A model generated the notes under the pieces. The model worked only from the letters and a program-made list of their open reading frames with translations, made no database searches and was not told the origin of the DNA. Positions 14,750-27,543 of a stretch of DNA of 64,000 nt are shown piece by piece. The translations under genes and the position numbers were made by a program. Source of the stretch: Eledone cirrhosa (Eukaryota); contig OZ024747.1 of NCBI GenBank assembly GCA_964016885.1, forward strand, positions 74,958,001 through 75,022,000, in the 5' to 3' direction. Within the stretch, counting starts at the first letter, position 1. Each line of letters opens with the position of its first letter.

Positions 14750-15130
14750 CCTTCAGTTGTGTCAGTAATCCTTCTAGTGTGTCAAGTTCATGATAAAATG
14801 CTTTTAGTATGTACTGTAAAGTAGTTGGAGTTAACAAGGGCACCCAGCCATAGATAACTTGTCACACAAAGCTGGGACGATCCTTCAGTTGTTTCAAGGG
14901 CACAACAACCACCCTAGTGCTGGTGCCATGATAAAATGTACCCAGTACACTCTGTAGAGTGTGGGGGAATGTATATGAGATGCACCCCTCCCCTCCAGCT
15001 AGTCTTTTAGAACAGTGGCTGCAACTGGATGCTGATTAGGTTTGTGGTGAGACGAGAGGAAATGTCCAACCAATTCTAGCATGGAAATATGGATGTTAAA
15101 CGATGCTGATGATGATGATGATAACGGTGA
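14750..15130 (+). mobile_element. Degenerate RTE-tail/SINE fragments
   Basis: aagggcacccagccataga, and agcatggaaatatggatgttaaacgatgctgatgatgatg tail. Confidence 0.5.
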
Positions 15131-15435
15131 TGAGTAAATTGACGGAAGGAATGTTGTACTCTTTTCTAGTTAATTTCTTCTACTTAACTATTCAGGAGCA
15201 GCAGTAACCTTTTCCTCATTTAATTATACCTTTCGTTGATCTTGCTCGATAGCTACAAATGTAAATTATGGGATGAACTATGCATATTAATTTCATCTGA
15301 AAGATTAAAAAAAACCCAAACAAACCAAAGAAAATACAAAGAAAAAAATATGATGAGGAAGTATTTGGGTCTTTTTTGTTAAAAAGATTTTTAGGCCAGA
15401 TAATGTTAGTTAATAGCAAAGATAGTGTCAATCAG

Positions 15436-15482
<47 letters not shown>

Positions 15483-15608
15483 AGATAGATGTGGGTGACT
15501 TCTTGCAGAAAACTATGGCCTATATTTTTATTGTCACTTTTGAGAAGACTTTTTTTGTTATCTTTAAATGAAGTGTGTTCTAGTTGGCTAGATAGTTTAT
15601 AAGACACG

Positions 15609-16288
15609 TTAACCCTTTTGGGAGCTTATATCTAATAAAATATATTCTATTTCAATCAATTAATGAAGAATGTTGAGAGATTTATTAAAATAATTATTTA
15701 TTTCTAAGATACCAACTTAACTTAGTTTATGTATAAATTCTGTTGGAAGATATTAATTTAGATTACTTTACACTGTAAAGTGATCATGTTGGTGACTCAA
15801 TAAAAAACACCCAGTCCACACTGTATTGTGATCATGTTGGTGACTCAATAAAAAACACCCAGTCCACGCTGTATTGTGATCATGTTGGTGACTCAATAAA
15901 AAACACCCAGTCCACACTGTATTGTGATCATGTTGGTGACTCAATAAAAAACACCCAGTCCACACTGTATTGTGATCATGTTGGTAACTCAATAAAAAAC
16001 ACTCAGTCCACACTGTAAAGTGATCATGTAGGTGTCATGACAAAAAACACCCAGCTCACTGTGAATGTGGTTGAAGTTAGGAAGGGCATCCAGCTGTAAA
16101 AACCAACCCAGAAACAGTTCTGTATGAGCAAGACATGGTCACCTGACCTGAGTTGCCTCAAATTGGACAACCCATCTAACTCGTGCTAGCATGGAAAACT
16201 GGATGTTATACAGTGGTGATGATGATGATGATAAGAACCCTTTAAAATGGTTGGTTTTGTTTCATAGAACCAGAGCTTGTTTTAGCTG
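15609..16288. mobile_element. M1 MITE interrupted by an RTE-tail SINE (15768-16232)
   Basis: ttaacccttt at 15609 and ggtatcgaaagggttaa at ~16288. The insert ends in a (tga)n tail. Confidence 0.6.
15771..16062. repeat. 48-bp tandem repeat, about 6 copies
   Basis: Unit cactgtattgtgatcatgttggtgactcaataaaaaacacccagtcca. Confidence 0.92.
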
Positions 16289-16630
16289 GGTTGGTATCGA
16301 AAGGGTTAAGTAAATGTATAACAATGGAAGAAAGATAAAGTTTGCATTATCTATTGAATAGTCATTGATTTGGTTATTTCTTTTCTGCTTTTGATGATCT
16401 GAAAGTGTTTATACGTTCATAATTCGATGTTTTACTTCCTAATTACAATAATAATTAACCCTAACTACTACTTGTATAAAAATTAGAGAAACTAATGGCA
16501 GATGTTTCAGGCATTGAATGGAATTTTTTAATGCTTTATTTTTATTTTCCCATACTTCGATGGGTAATAAATTTTTATGAGAGACAGAAGTACTCAGTTT
16601 CAGTCAGATAAAGAGAGAAGCAATACTTTG

Positions 16631-16865
16631 GTAACCCTTTTGTTACCATATCTATAAAGAGATACACTGTCTGTGTAGAATTAATTTTGAAAATTTGAAG
16701 AATTTAATAAAATAACTATCATTTTTATAAGAAAGCAGATATTTGAAACATTACTTAAAAGTACTAGGCTGGAACTTTTTTTTATCGACCTCGAAATTTA
16801 GAAATTTTTATGTTGGCACCCATTAAAATGGGTGGTTTTGGCCAGGTTGATAATGTAATGGTTAA
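16631..16865. mobile_element. M1 MITE copy
   Basis: gtaacccttttgttaccata...taatgtaatggttaa. Confidence 0.5.
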
Positions 16866-17423
16866 CAGGGTTCGAGTTGTTGCAAGCCTTTGAACCAGGT
16901 CTCCCATTTCAGGATATACAATATTCCTCCTCTCTCCTCCACCAGTCTTAGTGGCTCCGAAAAAAGAGCATTGACAGTGCCCTTCCTTTTGTCATATAGG
17001 CCATTAAAACAAAAACAAAACAACAAAAAACAAACAAAAACTTTTGTAACAGCTCCTTATCAGTTTTAAAATATAGATCACATGTTATAAGACATGATGT
17101 GGGGCCACTTGACTAATAAAGGGAGAAGTCATGGTTAAAAGTTTGATGATTAATAATTATATGGCAGATTATGTAATTGGAATTGACTGAAACTAACGAT
17201 AAACAACCCCACAACTTAGGAGCCTCTATATAGTAGCTTGAAATAGCAGTCAAATCTCTTTGACATCACACCATATCCTCATAAAAATGGAAGTACACAT
17301 TGGACTAGCATAATTTAACAACAGTTCTTACATGAATTTATGATGGAAGTTTTTTTTTTTTTGATAAATTACAAACATTTAAAAATAAAGTTGTAAAACA
17401 AGAGGTTGTTTCAGGTAGCAAAA

Positions 17424-18100
17424 GGGTTAATTGGGTGGTGTTTTGGTATTAGAAGGGTTAATTGGGTGGTGTTTTGGTATTAGAAGGGTTATTTGGGTGG
17501 TGTTTTGGTATTAGAAGGGTTAATTGGGTGGTGTTTTGGTATTAGAAGGGTTAATTGGGTGGTGTTTTGGTATTAGAAGAGTTAATTGGGTGGTGTTTTG
17601 GTATTAGAAGGGTTATTTGGGTGGTGTTTTGGTATTAGAAGGGTTATTTGGGTGGTGTTTTGGTATTAGAAGGATTATTTGGGTGGTGTTTTGGTATTAG
17701 AAGGATTATTTGGGTGGTGTTTTGGTATTAGAAGGGTTATTTGGGTGGTGTTTTGGTATTAGAAGGGTTATTTGGGTGGTGTTTTGGTATTAGAAGGGTT
17801 ATTTGGGTGGTGTTTTGGTATTAGAAGGGTTAATTGGGTGGTGTTTTGGTATTAGAAGAGTTAATTGGGTGGTGTTTTGGTATTAGAAGGGTTATTTGGG
17901 TGGTGTTTTGGTATTAGAAGGGTTATTTGGGTGGTGTTTTGGTATTAGAAGGGTTATTTGGGTGGTGTTTTGGTATTAGAAGGATTATTTGGGTGGTGTT
18001 TTGGTATTAGAAGGGTTATTTGGGTGGTGTTTTGGTATTGGAAGGGTTATTTGGGTGGTGTTTTGGTATTAGAAGGGTTATTTGGGTGGTGTTTTGTATT
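17424..18100. repeat. 31-bp minisatellite, about 22 copies
   Basis: Unit gggtta(a/t)ttgggtggtgttttggtattagaa. Confidence 0.95.
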
Positions 18101-18633
18101 AAAAGTGATTTAATCAAAACATAGGAATATGAGATTCAGAACCACTGTAGGATGATGGTGTACATTGAGAGAAAATGTTCGGTGGAAGAAAGGTAGACAA
18201 TATATATTAGGATATATAAGGAATAATCAATAATGAGACAGTGATTAGCTATTATCTGGAATATAATTATCTTTCGTATAGACTATTTGGCACAACTTGA
18301 TACAAAGACAATTCAATACACAATTTGATCCTGGTCCAACATCATCAATTTCATGTCAAACAAAGATTGTCTTATAAGCTGGTCAACTTATTGACTTAGT
18401 CTTATCACTATCCAGCTACATATTTTAGCTATCGTACACTATTAGAAATAATCTAAATTTTCCTTGTATCACACTTTACTTTCTTAAAATTTTGTGACTG
18501 TATTTTATTGAAATGTGTATTTTTTTTTTATTGAAATGTACTCTTATTTCAATTAATTAATTAATGAAGAATTTTGAGGAATTTACTAAAAATAGTTAAT
18601 TATTTCATTACTAAGATAGTAACTTAATATATG

Positions 18634-18671
<38 letters not shown>

Positions 18672-18730
18672 GTGTGTGTGTGTATTGAACAATGAAAATA
18701 AAACAAAAGTCGGAGATAGGTAGTTAATTA

Positions 18731-18856
18731 GTTCATTGTTTTACGATCGTTTCAGAGGGTTGATTGACCATGGTAGATCGATATATTGACTGGCAGGTCA
18801 CTGCCTGTTTTGAGTTATAAAATACCTGATCTCAGTCTCCATCAGAAACAATGAAC
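18731..18856 (-). ncRNA. Type-I hammerhead ribozyme motif (Penelope-like; long stem II, core variant CUGAUGG)
   Basis: Minus strand: GTTCATTGTTT-CTGATGG-[~85 nt]-GAAA-CGATCG-TA-AAACAATGAAC. Perfect 11-bp stem I, palindromic stem III ACGATCGT, GUA cleavage triplet. Confidence 0.65.
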
Positions 18857-19140
18857 CTTGAGGTCTAACAATGTTATCAGACCCACCATATACAAGTGGA
18901 AACAAATGTTTGAGTCTTATATAAAATCCTGATGAAAGATTTTAAATTAAATAGGAATCTTTAAAATAGATGGTTTTATTTCCTAGAACCAGTGTTGGTT
19001 TTGGCCAGGTCGGTATAAAGAGGGTTAAATACATGAAGAACATTTTACATAGTGTAATCGTAAATACCCTTAAAAACATTGGGTAGTCATAATTAGAATA
19101 CTTTTGGTTAAAGCTTTGTTCAATGAAGGCGGACCTGGTG

Positions 19141-19400
19141 TTAACCTTTCGTTACCATATTTCTTATAAGACACTGCATATAATTTTCTATAAATTTTAA
19201 AAATAATTTATAATTTAGAAGGATTTTGAGATATTGTTAACTTTTTTATGATTAAGCTGGTGTTTAGAATGTTAAAAAAATTCTTACATAAAAATATGGT
19301 GGGAAGTTAAAATTTATATATGAATGAAAACTTTGAAATAAATGGCATTGTATCATAGAACCAGGAATGGTTTCAAAGGATTTGGTATCAAAAAGGTGAA
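19141..19400. mobile_element. M1 MITE copy
   Basis: ttaacctttcgttaccatatt...ttggtatcaaaaaggtgaa. Confidence 0.55.
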
Positions 19401-19659
19401 ACAAGAGCAGTTTAGTACAAGTCCAATTTGATATTGGTTTCCTAATATGAATACAATTTAATCTATAGAATTTGTTACTTTCCCTAGTTTTCAATTTCTT
19501 TCATTTAGTCAGGGCAGAAACACTTGTTTGAGCGGGGATTTCTTCTCTGAAGATCTTCTGTTTTCCAGCTTCCCTGAGAGTTTCTTACCACTAATTTGAT
19601 CCTAGTACTAGACTGGTACTTTATTTAATCAATCAATTTTGTTGCCTAGAACAACGTCT

Positions 19660-20480
19660 TCTGCAGTCACTGCCATACAGCCTTCCTTTCATATGTATGG
19701 AGAAACCTTTTGTTGTCAGCAGTGGGAGTAGTTCTTCCGTCCTCTCCTTATTCTAGCTATTATACTTTCAGTGCACCCTCCCTCTGCTGCTAATTAGGTC
19801 ACCTAGATAGCAGAAGCTCTCAACCCCATCTAGGGTCCTTCCTGAGAATAGAAAAGGTTATATCATTAGCACTCTTCCTCTTGGTTTCTCCTCTGTATCT
19901 TCTACATACAAAGTTCTCCCTTCCTGTTAGTCTACTCATTTTCCTGTGTATCTTGTTCTGTCTGTTGTTTATTTTGATATCACTAATAACTGACTTGTGC
20001 TGGGCAGTGCATTCTACCTCGGGGAAGGCCTTAGTATTTATTAGTTATGGCTTGTGTGTTCACTTGATTGATATGAAATCAGGTGGCTGGCTGGTTTATT
20101 GAAATTTGTGTTGCAGATGGTTAGTTCATTTGGATCTCAGCCCCTCTTCATTCCTTGAACCATAACCATAGGCACAATGAACTCTGCTGGATTCATCCTG
20201 GTACTGTCCCACATGTCCATTGAAGTCGCCTGCCAGGATAATGAGGTCTCTTTTATCAATACCTGAAGTTGTTTGTAAAAGTTCCTCATAGAACCTGTCT
20301 TTTTTTCTTTATACAGTCCTGCCTATATTTCCTACCCAGTTGCTTACCTGTAATTACTCTCACCTCTTGTACACAGCATACATCTACTCTTTTTTCTAAC
20401 AGTTCCACAATTTCACCTGATTTGCCTTTCAGGTACCAACATTGAGGGTGACAATCCAGAGATTTGTACCTTCATAGTTG
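19660..20480 (-). mobile_element. Old, internally deleted RTE family-1 relic (RT C-terminal and endonuclease pieces)
   Basis: catacagccttcctttcat and ggtcacctagatagcagaagct parallel 21238-21395. cccacatgtccattgaagtcgcctgc corresponds to AGDFNGHVG on the minus strand. Confidence 0.6.
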
Positions 20481-20506
20481 TTGTTGCCTCTTTGGTTTAT
20501 ATGTGT

Positions 20507-23500
20507 ATCATCATCATCATCATCACCGTTTTACGTCCGTTCTTCCACGCTAGCATGGGTTAGATGGGTTGTCCTGTTGTGGGCAGTGTCTGGTCGGCTG
20601 ACCATGCCTTGCTCATACAGGAACTGATTTGGCTTGATTTCTACAGCTGGATGCCCTTCCTAACACCAACCTCATTTACAGTGAGTGCTGGGTGCTTTTT
20701 CGTGGCGCCTACACGTCCACTTTACAGTGTGGGCTGGGTGCTTTTTTGCCGTGGCACCTCCACGACCACCTTGCGGTGGGGTGTGTGGGGGCATATTGTC
20801 TATATGCTTCAGCTTGTACCCATGGGAGGTCGGGTACTCTGTATTACTGCGTGACGCCAGAAGTCACGGTCGTGTGTCATTGCCTTTGAGAAGTGTAATT
20901 GGGTAAGGTCGGCTTTTATCACCTCATCCCAGGTCATCTTGGGTCTCCCCACTCCGCGGTTTCCATCAACTTCTAGTGCTCTGCACCTTTTTATGCAGCT
21001 GTCATCCTTCATACGCATCACGTGTCCATACCAGCGCAACCGCCTCTCCTGCACACAGCATTTGATTCCTCTTATACTCAGTCTCTCTCTCAATTCATTT
21101 ATGCTTTGTCGTTCGCGTATATTACTGTTACACATCCATCGGAGCATGCAGGCTTCGTTTCTCTCTAATCTACGTAAGTCTTCCACCTTCAGCGCCCAGG
21201 TCTCACTACCATGCAACATTGCTGTTTGGATACACGCATCATACAGTCTGCCTTTCATTCTGAGAGAGAAGACTTTTGCAGCTAGCAGTGCTAGTAGTTC
21301 CCTAAACTTCTTCCATCCCGTTCTTACCCTAGTTATTGTACTTTCTGAACACCCACCTCCACTGCTAATTCGGTCACCTAGGTAGCAGAAGCTGTCTACT
21401 GTTTCTACAGAGCCCTCCCAGAGATTGGTGGTACTTGTTTCCTGTGGCTGTTTGCTGCTTGCTGTCTCAGCACAGCTGCTGCATGTGAAGCCTACATTCT
21501 TAATTAAGCTTCCTGAGATCCCGCTACATCTCTTGTGTACCCATTGTTTGCATTTGGGGCAGAGAATGGAGTTCCTACCTACACCTTTCCTACATACTGA
21601 GCAAGGCCATTTCCCTGAGGGGATCTGGGTTCTGTTTTCTCGTCTACTTACAAGGACCTTAGTCTTTGTCATGTTGACTTTGAGACCCTTTCTTTCTAGT
21701 CCCTGCTTCCAAGTTTGGAATTTATTCTCTAGTTCTACCATAGATTCAGCTATGAGTGCGAGGTCATCAGCATACAGGAGTTCCATGGGCATCCGGTCTT
21801 AAACTCCTCCGTTATTGCCTGCAGGACTATGATGAACAGGAGGGGGCTAAGAACAGAGCCCTAGTGGACCCCAACCTGTACGCTAAATTCCTCGCTATAC
21901 TCATTGCTAATCCTAACTTTGCTGACTGCTCCCCTATACATGGCTTGTACCGCTTTCACAAGCCATTCATCTACTCCTAGTTTTCTAAGAGCCCACCAGA
22001 TTACAGCACGTGGAGCTCTGTCAAAGGCTTTCTCAAGGTCGACAAATGCCAAGTAGAGTGGCTTACTTTTAGCTAGGTACTTTTCCTATAATTGCCTCAC
22101 AAGGAAGAGGGCATCAGTGGTGCCTCTTCCTGGTACAAACCCAAATTGCATCTCGTCTATTTTCACCCGGTCCCTAATCAACTGTGCTATAACTCTTTCT
22201 GTTACTTTCATGACCTGGTCCATCAACTTTATACCTCTATAGTTTCCTCTATCTAGTGCATCGCCTTTACCTTTGTAGCAGTTGACAATGATGCTACTGC
22301 ACCAATCTTTTGGTATGGCACCTTCTAGTATTACCTGGTTAACAATACGTGTGGTTATAGTGTGACCTACAGACCCAGATGCCTTCAGCATCTCGGCAGC
22401 TATACCCGATGGATCGGCTGCCTTCCCCATCTTCATATCTTTGATTGCCTTACTTACTACGCTGCTGCTGACTTGTACTGCTGGTCCCTCTATAGGGTCT
22501 ACTTGGGGTAGGGTCTCTTCTTCCCATGTATTCTCCTCATTTAGTAATCTTTCATAATAGCTCTTCCACGCATCTTTCTTCTCAGCACTTGTGAGGGCAA
22601 GCTCACCTTTATCATTCCGGATACACTTCTCTCCAATGACATCACAACTATCTCTGACACACTGCCTCGCAATCTTGAATACCTCCTGTTTCTGGTCCTC
22701 ACGTTGTAAAACATGCTTGAATTTTCTATCCTCTGCTTCCCTCCTAGCTAAGTATACTTGTCGCCTAGCTTCCCTCTTGGTCTCTATGTAATGTACCCTG
22801 CTCCCCCCGTTCTTCCATTCTTTCCATGCCTGTCTCTTGGCCTTAACTGCTTCATCTACCTTATTGTTCCACCACCAAGTCACTCTCCTCCTGCTTGAGG
22901 TCTTACTCCAGCCACAGACCTCATCCGTCGCCTCTAGTAAATTATTTTTTAGGAACTCCCAGTTCTCTTCTACATTAAATGTCTCTATCTGTTCTTCTTT
23001 ACTGTCGTAGGCGTTGAGTAAAATATCTTTAAATCTGTTACTGGTTGAGGGGACTTTCAGCTTCCAGATCTTTCTTCTCCAGGTTGGCCTCTGTTTCCGG
23101 GTTCGTCGAGTTCTGACCGTGAGGTCGCTGACAACTAAGCTATGTTGGGATGTACATTCCTCACTAGGGAAGGCTTTTGTGTTTACGACCGTCCATCTGT
23201 CACGTCCTCTGATGAGGATAAAATCTAACTGACTAGAGTGCTCCCCTGATCTATAGGTGATCAGGTGGTTGTCGGGTTTTTTAAAGTTTGTGTTACATAT
23301 CGACATGTCATTGGCGTCGCAGAATTCTAGAAGTCTGAATCCTTCCTCATTCCTTGTGCCAACCCCATGGCCTCCATGTACTCTATTGAAGCCGTTGCAG
23401 TGTTTACCTACGTGTCCGTTAAAATCTCCTGCGATGATTAGGAAGTCATTGTCGTCTGTTAGAGCAGTAGTGTGCATTAGGGACTTGTAAAACCTATCCT

Positions 23501-24210
23501 TAAGTTCGTCTGGCAGCCCCGATTGGGGTGCGTAAGCTGATATTATTGTGGTAATTGTTTTGTTCAGGACTAGTCTGAGTTTAATGATTCTTGCATTTAC
23601 CCTGTACACTGAGATTACTTTATCTACCCACTTGTCAGCTAGTAGTATACCTACACCACCCAACCCATCGTCATTTCCCACCCAGAAAAATTTGTAGCAC
23701 CGACTTTTTCCTACTAGGACTCTGGCAGACTTGTATGTTGTGTGCAAGAGACTAGATGGAGAGGACTCCATCTAGTCTCTTGCACACAACATACATCAAT
23801 TTCCTTTCGCTCTAGCATTTCTACGATTTATCCTGCTCTTCCTTTCATTGAACCTACATTGATGGTATCAACTCGGAGTTTTGGGCATTTGTCGACACTC
23901 GTAGGGGAGGGTCTCTGGGTTGGCGCTTCACGTGGGTGCTTGGTAGCTTGCAGATTCATATTTCATCTATTGATTCAGAGTTGCTCAAATTTATTCTCAG
24001 CTCATCCATCCATAACGGTGGGAAAATTGAGGGCTAGAAGAACAGTGGTGGTGGGATAATGGCAGGGTGTGTTGGGCTGCGACAGAGTTAGTTAGGTGGT
24101 AGTAGTAGTAGTAGTAGTAGCAGCAGCAGCCGTAGAAATGGCATGCTGGGGTTTGACTGGTCGAATAGGCTATGGCGGTGTGAGGGGGTGGGAGGGAGGG
24201 AAATTGTGAG
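20507..24210 (-). mobile_element. Near-full-length RTE LINE (family 1a): APE endonuclease, RT and PHD-like finger, inactivated
   Basis: Endonuclease motifs (CVQETRW, GVGI, SAYAPQ, GDFNGHVG, LDFIL, SQH) and RT motifs (NYRGIKL, QFGF, FVDLEKAFD, GVHQG, YADD, YLG). (tga)n tail at 20507. 5' boundary is approximate. Confidence 0.93.
20809..23959 (-). pseudogene. RTE single ORF broken by stops and frameshifts
   Basis: Probable ATG at 23959. Lesions: inverted duplication at 23733-23794, premature stops near 22086 and 21861, and a 1-bp deletion near 21783 relative to the copy at 47903. Confidence 0.85.
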
Positions 24211-24392
24211 GCTTCAAGACCGCATGGTAAATCCGAAATAATACAGTAGAGAAACAGGGTAAATCCGAAATAATACAGCAGAAAACATCAGTAATATTAA
24301 TAATAATAATGTCATAAGAGCTAAGATACCTTCTAAAATTTGTATATATATATGTGTATATATATGTATATGTATATATTTATGTGTATATA

Positions 24393-24739
24393 TCTTTATA
24401 TATATAACAGCGAGGATGTGTGTGTGTCTGTGTACAACTTTGCATACTTTTAAGGCTTTTACAATTACCAACTGAATTTGACCAAATTTTCTGTGCACGT
24501 TGCACAGGTCGCTAAGATTGTCATATCACAAACATTTTTCAAATCGACCCACGTTGAGCAATACAAAATCGATATCAAAATTATTGGTAGCAAAATTGAT
24601 GTAAGGGAGATAACCAACTTTATTGACAGAAATATAAACATCAGATTCATTTGAAGATAAATCACTAATATTATCGTTTGTTTCTTGTTTATTCTTTGTT
24701 GCATTTCAAACCCCGGACAACGCCGAGTAAATCTGCTCG
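24393..24739 (+). mobile_element. Non-autonomous Helitron-like element
   Basis: 5' A|TC (tctttatatatataa), subterminal GC hairpin ccccggacaacgccgagt, 3' ctgCTCG|T (variant of CTRR). Inserted in a TA tract. Confidence 0.6.
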
Positions 24740-24776
<37 letters not shown>

Positions 24777-24778
24777 AG

Positions 24779-24947
24779 ATCATCATCATCATCATCATCA
24801 TCATCATCGTTTAACGTCTATCTTCCACGTTAGCATGGGTTTAGACGGGAGTTGTCCCATGTGACGCAAGATTGGTTGTCTTGCTCGTATAGGACTGTCT
24901 GGCGGGTTTTCTACGGCTGGATGCCCTTCCTAACACCAACCACATTT
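24779..24947 (-). mobile_element. RTE/SINE 3'-tail fragment
   Basis: (cat)n followed by cgtttaacgtc...ggctggatgcccttcctaacaccaacc. Confidence 0.75.
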
Positions 24948-24963
24948 AAGATATATATGTATA

Positions 24964-24994
<31 letters not shown>

Positions 24995-25046
24995 TATATA
25001 TACATACATATATACATGTGTATATGTATATGTGTGTGTATATGTA

Positions 25047-25077
<31 letters not shown>

Positions 25078-25994
25078 CTACATACATATATACATGTATA
25101 TATGTGTAGAATGGTATAATATAGATGTAATGGTTTTCACATTACGATCGATATATGGAAATGAGTGATTACTTAATGATTATTGTCAAATTGCCAAAAG
25201 AATTTCCGAGAACTTCTATTCATCATAACATTGATTTGCTGTGTACTTGAAAGGAAGTTAAATGGCTTTGGTGCCAAAATTATTCTGTGGAAGAGAGGAA
25301 AATGGAAGCTTTCTTGCCTTCTAGATTAGAAAGAAAGAAAACTAAGTTTTGATGATCTGAAGAGAGAAATGTAGTAAAATGGCGTATTAAAATGATAAAA
25401 GTGGTGGGATAGAAAAACATTTGAGACAGATGATTTCTAGTCCATGAAAACCTGCAAGAATTCCCATTAAAGCAATTGATAATGATATTTTCCATTTGAT
25501 TTCAATTTCTATATTTATATAATTTTCTTAAATTCTTCTTATATTTCCAAGTTCTCCATTAAAATTTCTCTTTTTGAGTATTATTCATCTTAGAACAATA
25601 ACTGTTATCTGAGTCATTAAAAAAAGACAGAACTCATTCAACTGTATTTCTTAGATTATATTTAATTTAAATTAGAATTCTGTAAAAACTTTTCCCCTAT
25701 GTTCAATGTCATGTGTATAAAATACACTAGACTTCGTATATTTTTTTGCACACAACTTTGTATGTCTTCTGATATGTCAAAGGAATTCATAAAAGCTATC
25801 TTTGTGTAGTTAACTCATTTAAATATAAACATTATTTTTTTTTAAATTCTTAAATCACATCTACATTGATCAATTTGTTTCTTTGTAAAAAATTTTGAAT
25901 AAAACTTAATATTTAACCCATTTGTAACCATATTTCTAATGAGAGTATACTGCTATTATATTTGTGTTTTGATGATCAAGATAATCAAGAATTA

Positions 25995-26395
25995 TAAGAG
26001 GTTTAATGGTTAGAGAATTGGATATGCAAGCGTAAGGTTGCAAGATTGATTCCTGGTCTGATGTGTTGTCCTTGAGCAAGACACTTTATTTCATGTTGCC
26101 TTGCCAGGAGTTGCAACCAGTAATTACTATCAGCAATGGGCTGATTTGATGAGTTCCACTCCATGAATGAACAACCCAAAAGCTGCAATATCTTTATATC
26201 TGATATCTTTATAACCAATGAGAAGGCACGTAACTCAGTCGTTAGAGAATTGGATTCATAATTGTCAGGTTGCGAGTTCAAATCTCAGACTGAGCGATGC
26301 GTTATGTCCTTCAGCAAGACACTTTATTTCATGTTGCTCTTTCTGCCAGGAGTTGTAGCTAGTATCAGCAATGAAAAGACCAATGGCAACATTGT
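25995..26395 (+). mobile_element. Two tandem, diverged SINE family B fragments
   Basis: ggttagagaattggat...gcaagacactttatttcatgttgc appears at ~26005-26140 and ~26225-26372. Confidence 0.6.
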
Positions 26396-26590
26396 TTCTT
26401 TAGTTTGATTTGATGAGCTCCACTCTACTTAGTCTACGATCTTGTCGATTGTTAAGAAAGAAGAAAATAAAGTAAATAGAATCTATATTTATACAGACAC
26501 CACTTTTCAAAGTGAGGCTGTAACCTGAGTGATATTTAGAATATTTCTTGTAACTTGCAACATATGGACCCTCCATGTAAAAACATTGGA

Positions 26591-26808
26591 TTAACCCTTT
26601 AAACATTTAAACTGGCCAGAATTCTCTCACTCCTTTCTGTTCAAACCAGCCGTAACTGGCCACCCATACCAACATTAGGGTATTGTTCTTAAAATGAATA
26701 ATATCAAAATCTCATAGATTCAATATTGTGTAAGATAATTAAGTTAGGTAAAGCCTTTACCACAAAAAACAAAAGTAAAATAGAGTAATGTAAATGTTAA
26801 AAGGTTAA
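26591..26808. mobile_element. TTAA-ended MITE family M2
   Basis: ttaaccctttaaacattt...aaatgttaaaaggttaa. Homologous to 30248-30476. Confidence 0.7.
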
Positions 26809-26878
26809 ATTAGTTATTAAAACACCATTAAGGCTTGAGGCAAGTAACCTAAAACAATAATGAATGCTCACAGACATG

Positions 26879-26939
<61 letters not shown>

Positions 26940-27239
26940 GAGAGAGATGTATATTATTATAGAAATTACTTTCACAGGACTTGAACTGTTCTAATCTTGT
27001 AGAAGTCATTTCTATAATAAAATAAATATGCCTCTACTAATGTATTGAAAACTCTTTTTAACAGTGCTCACTTCCCGATATACATAAGGAATCCACCTGT
27101 AACATATATATATATACATGTGTGTGTGTGTGCATGTTCCCACCTTGAATTTAACACTGCCTGGTGGTGACATTTGTTTATGTTCCATGTAAAGATTATT
27201 GTGATTCAGTTGTTTGACATCCAAAGAATAGTGCCTTTC

Positions 27240-27543
27240 TTAACTCTTTCACGACCATATTTCTAATGAAATACACTGTATTTCAATTAATTAATGAAGA
27301 ATTTTGAGGGATTTACTAAAATTATTAATTATTTCATTACTAAGATAGTAACTTAATGTAAGGTTATTATATAAAAATATTTTGGAAGATTGTAATTTAA
27401 ATTAAAAATCTTCCAACATAATTTTATATAAGAACCTTACATTAAGTTACTACCTTAGTAATGAAATAATTAATAATTTTAGTAAATCCCTCAAAATTCT
27501 TCATTAATTAATTGAAATAGTGTATTTTATTAGAAAGGGTTGA
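27240..27543. mobile_element. Palindromic (head-to-head) M1 MITE derivative
   Basis: Roughly 135-bp near-perfect inverted arms centred on taatttaaatta (27393-27404). Confidence 0.8.

Noticed and set aside
15771-18100. CRISPR-like arrays (48-bp and 31-bp repeats)
   Set aside because: Head-to-tail tandem units with no unique spacers, no cas genes, and a eukaryotic context.
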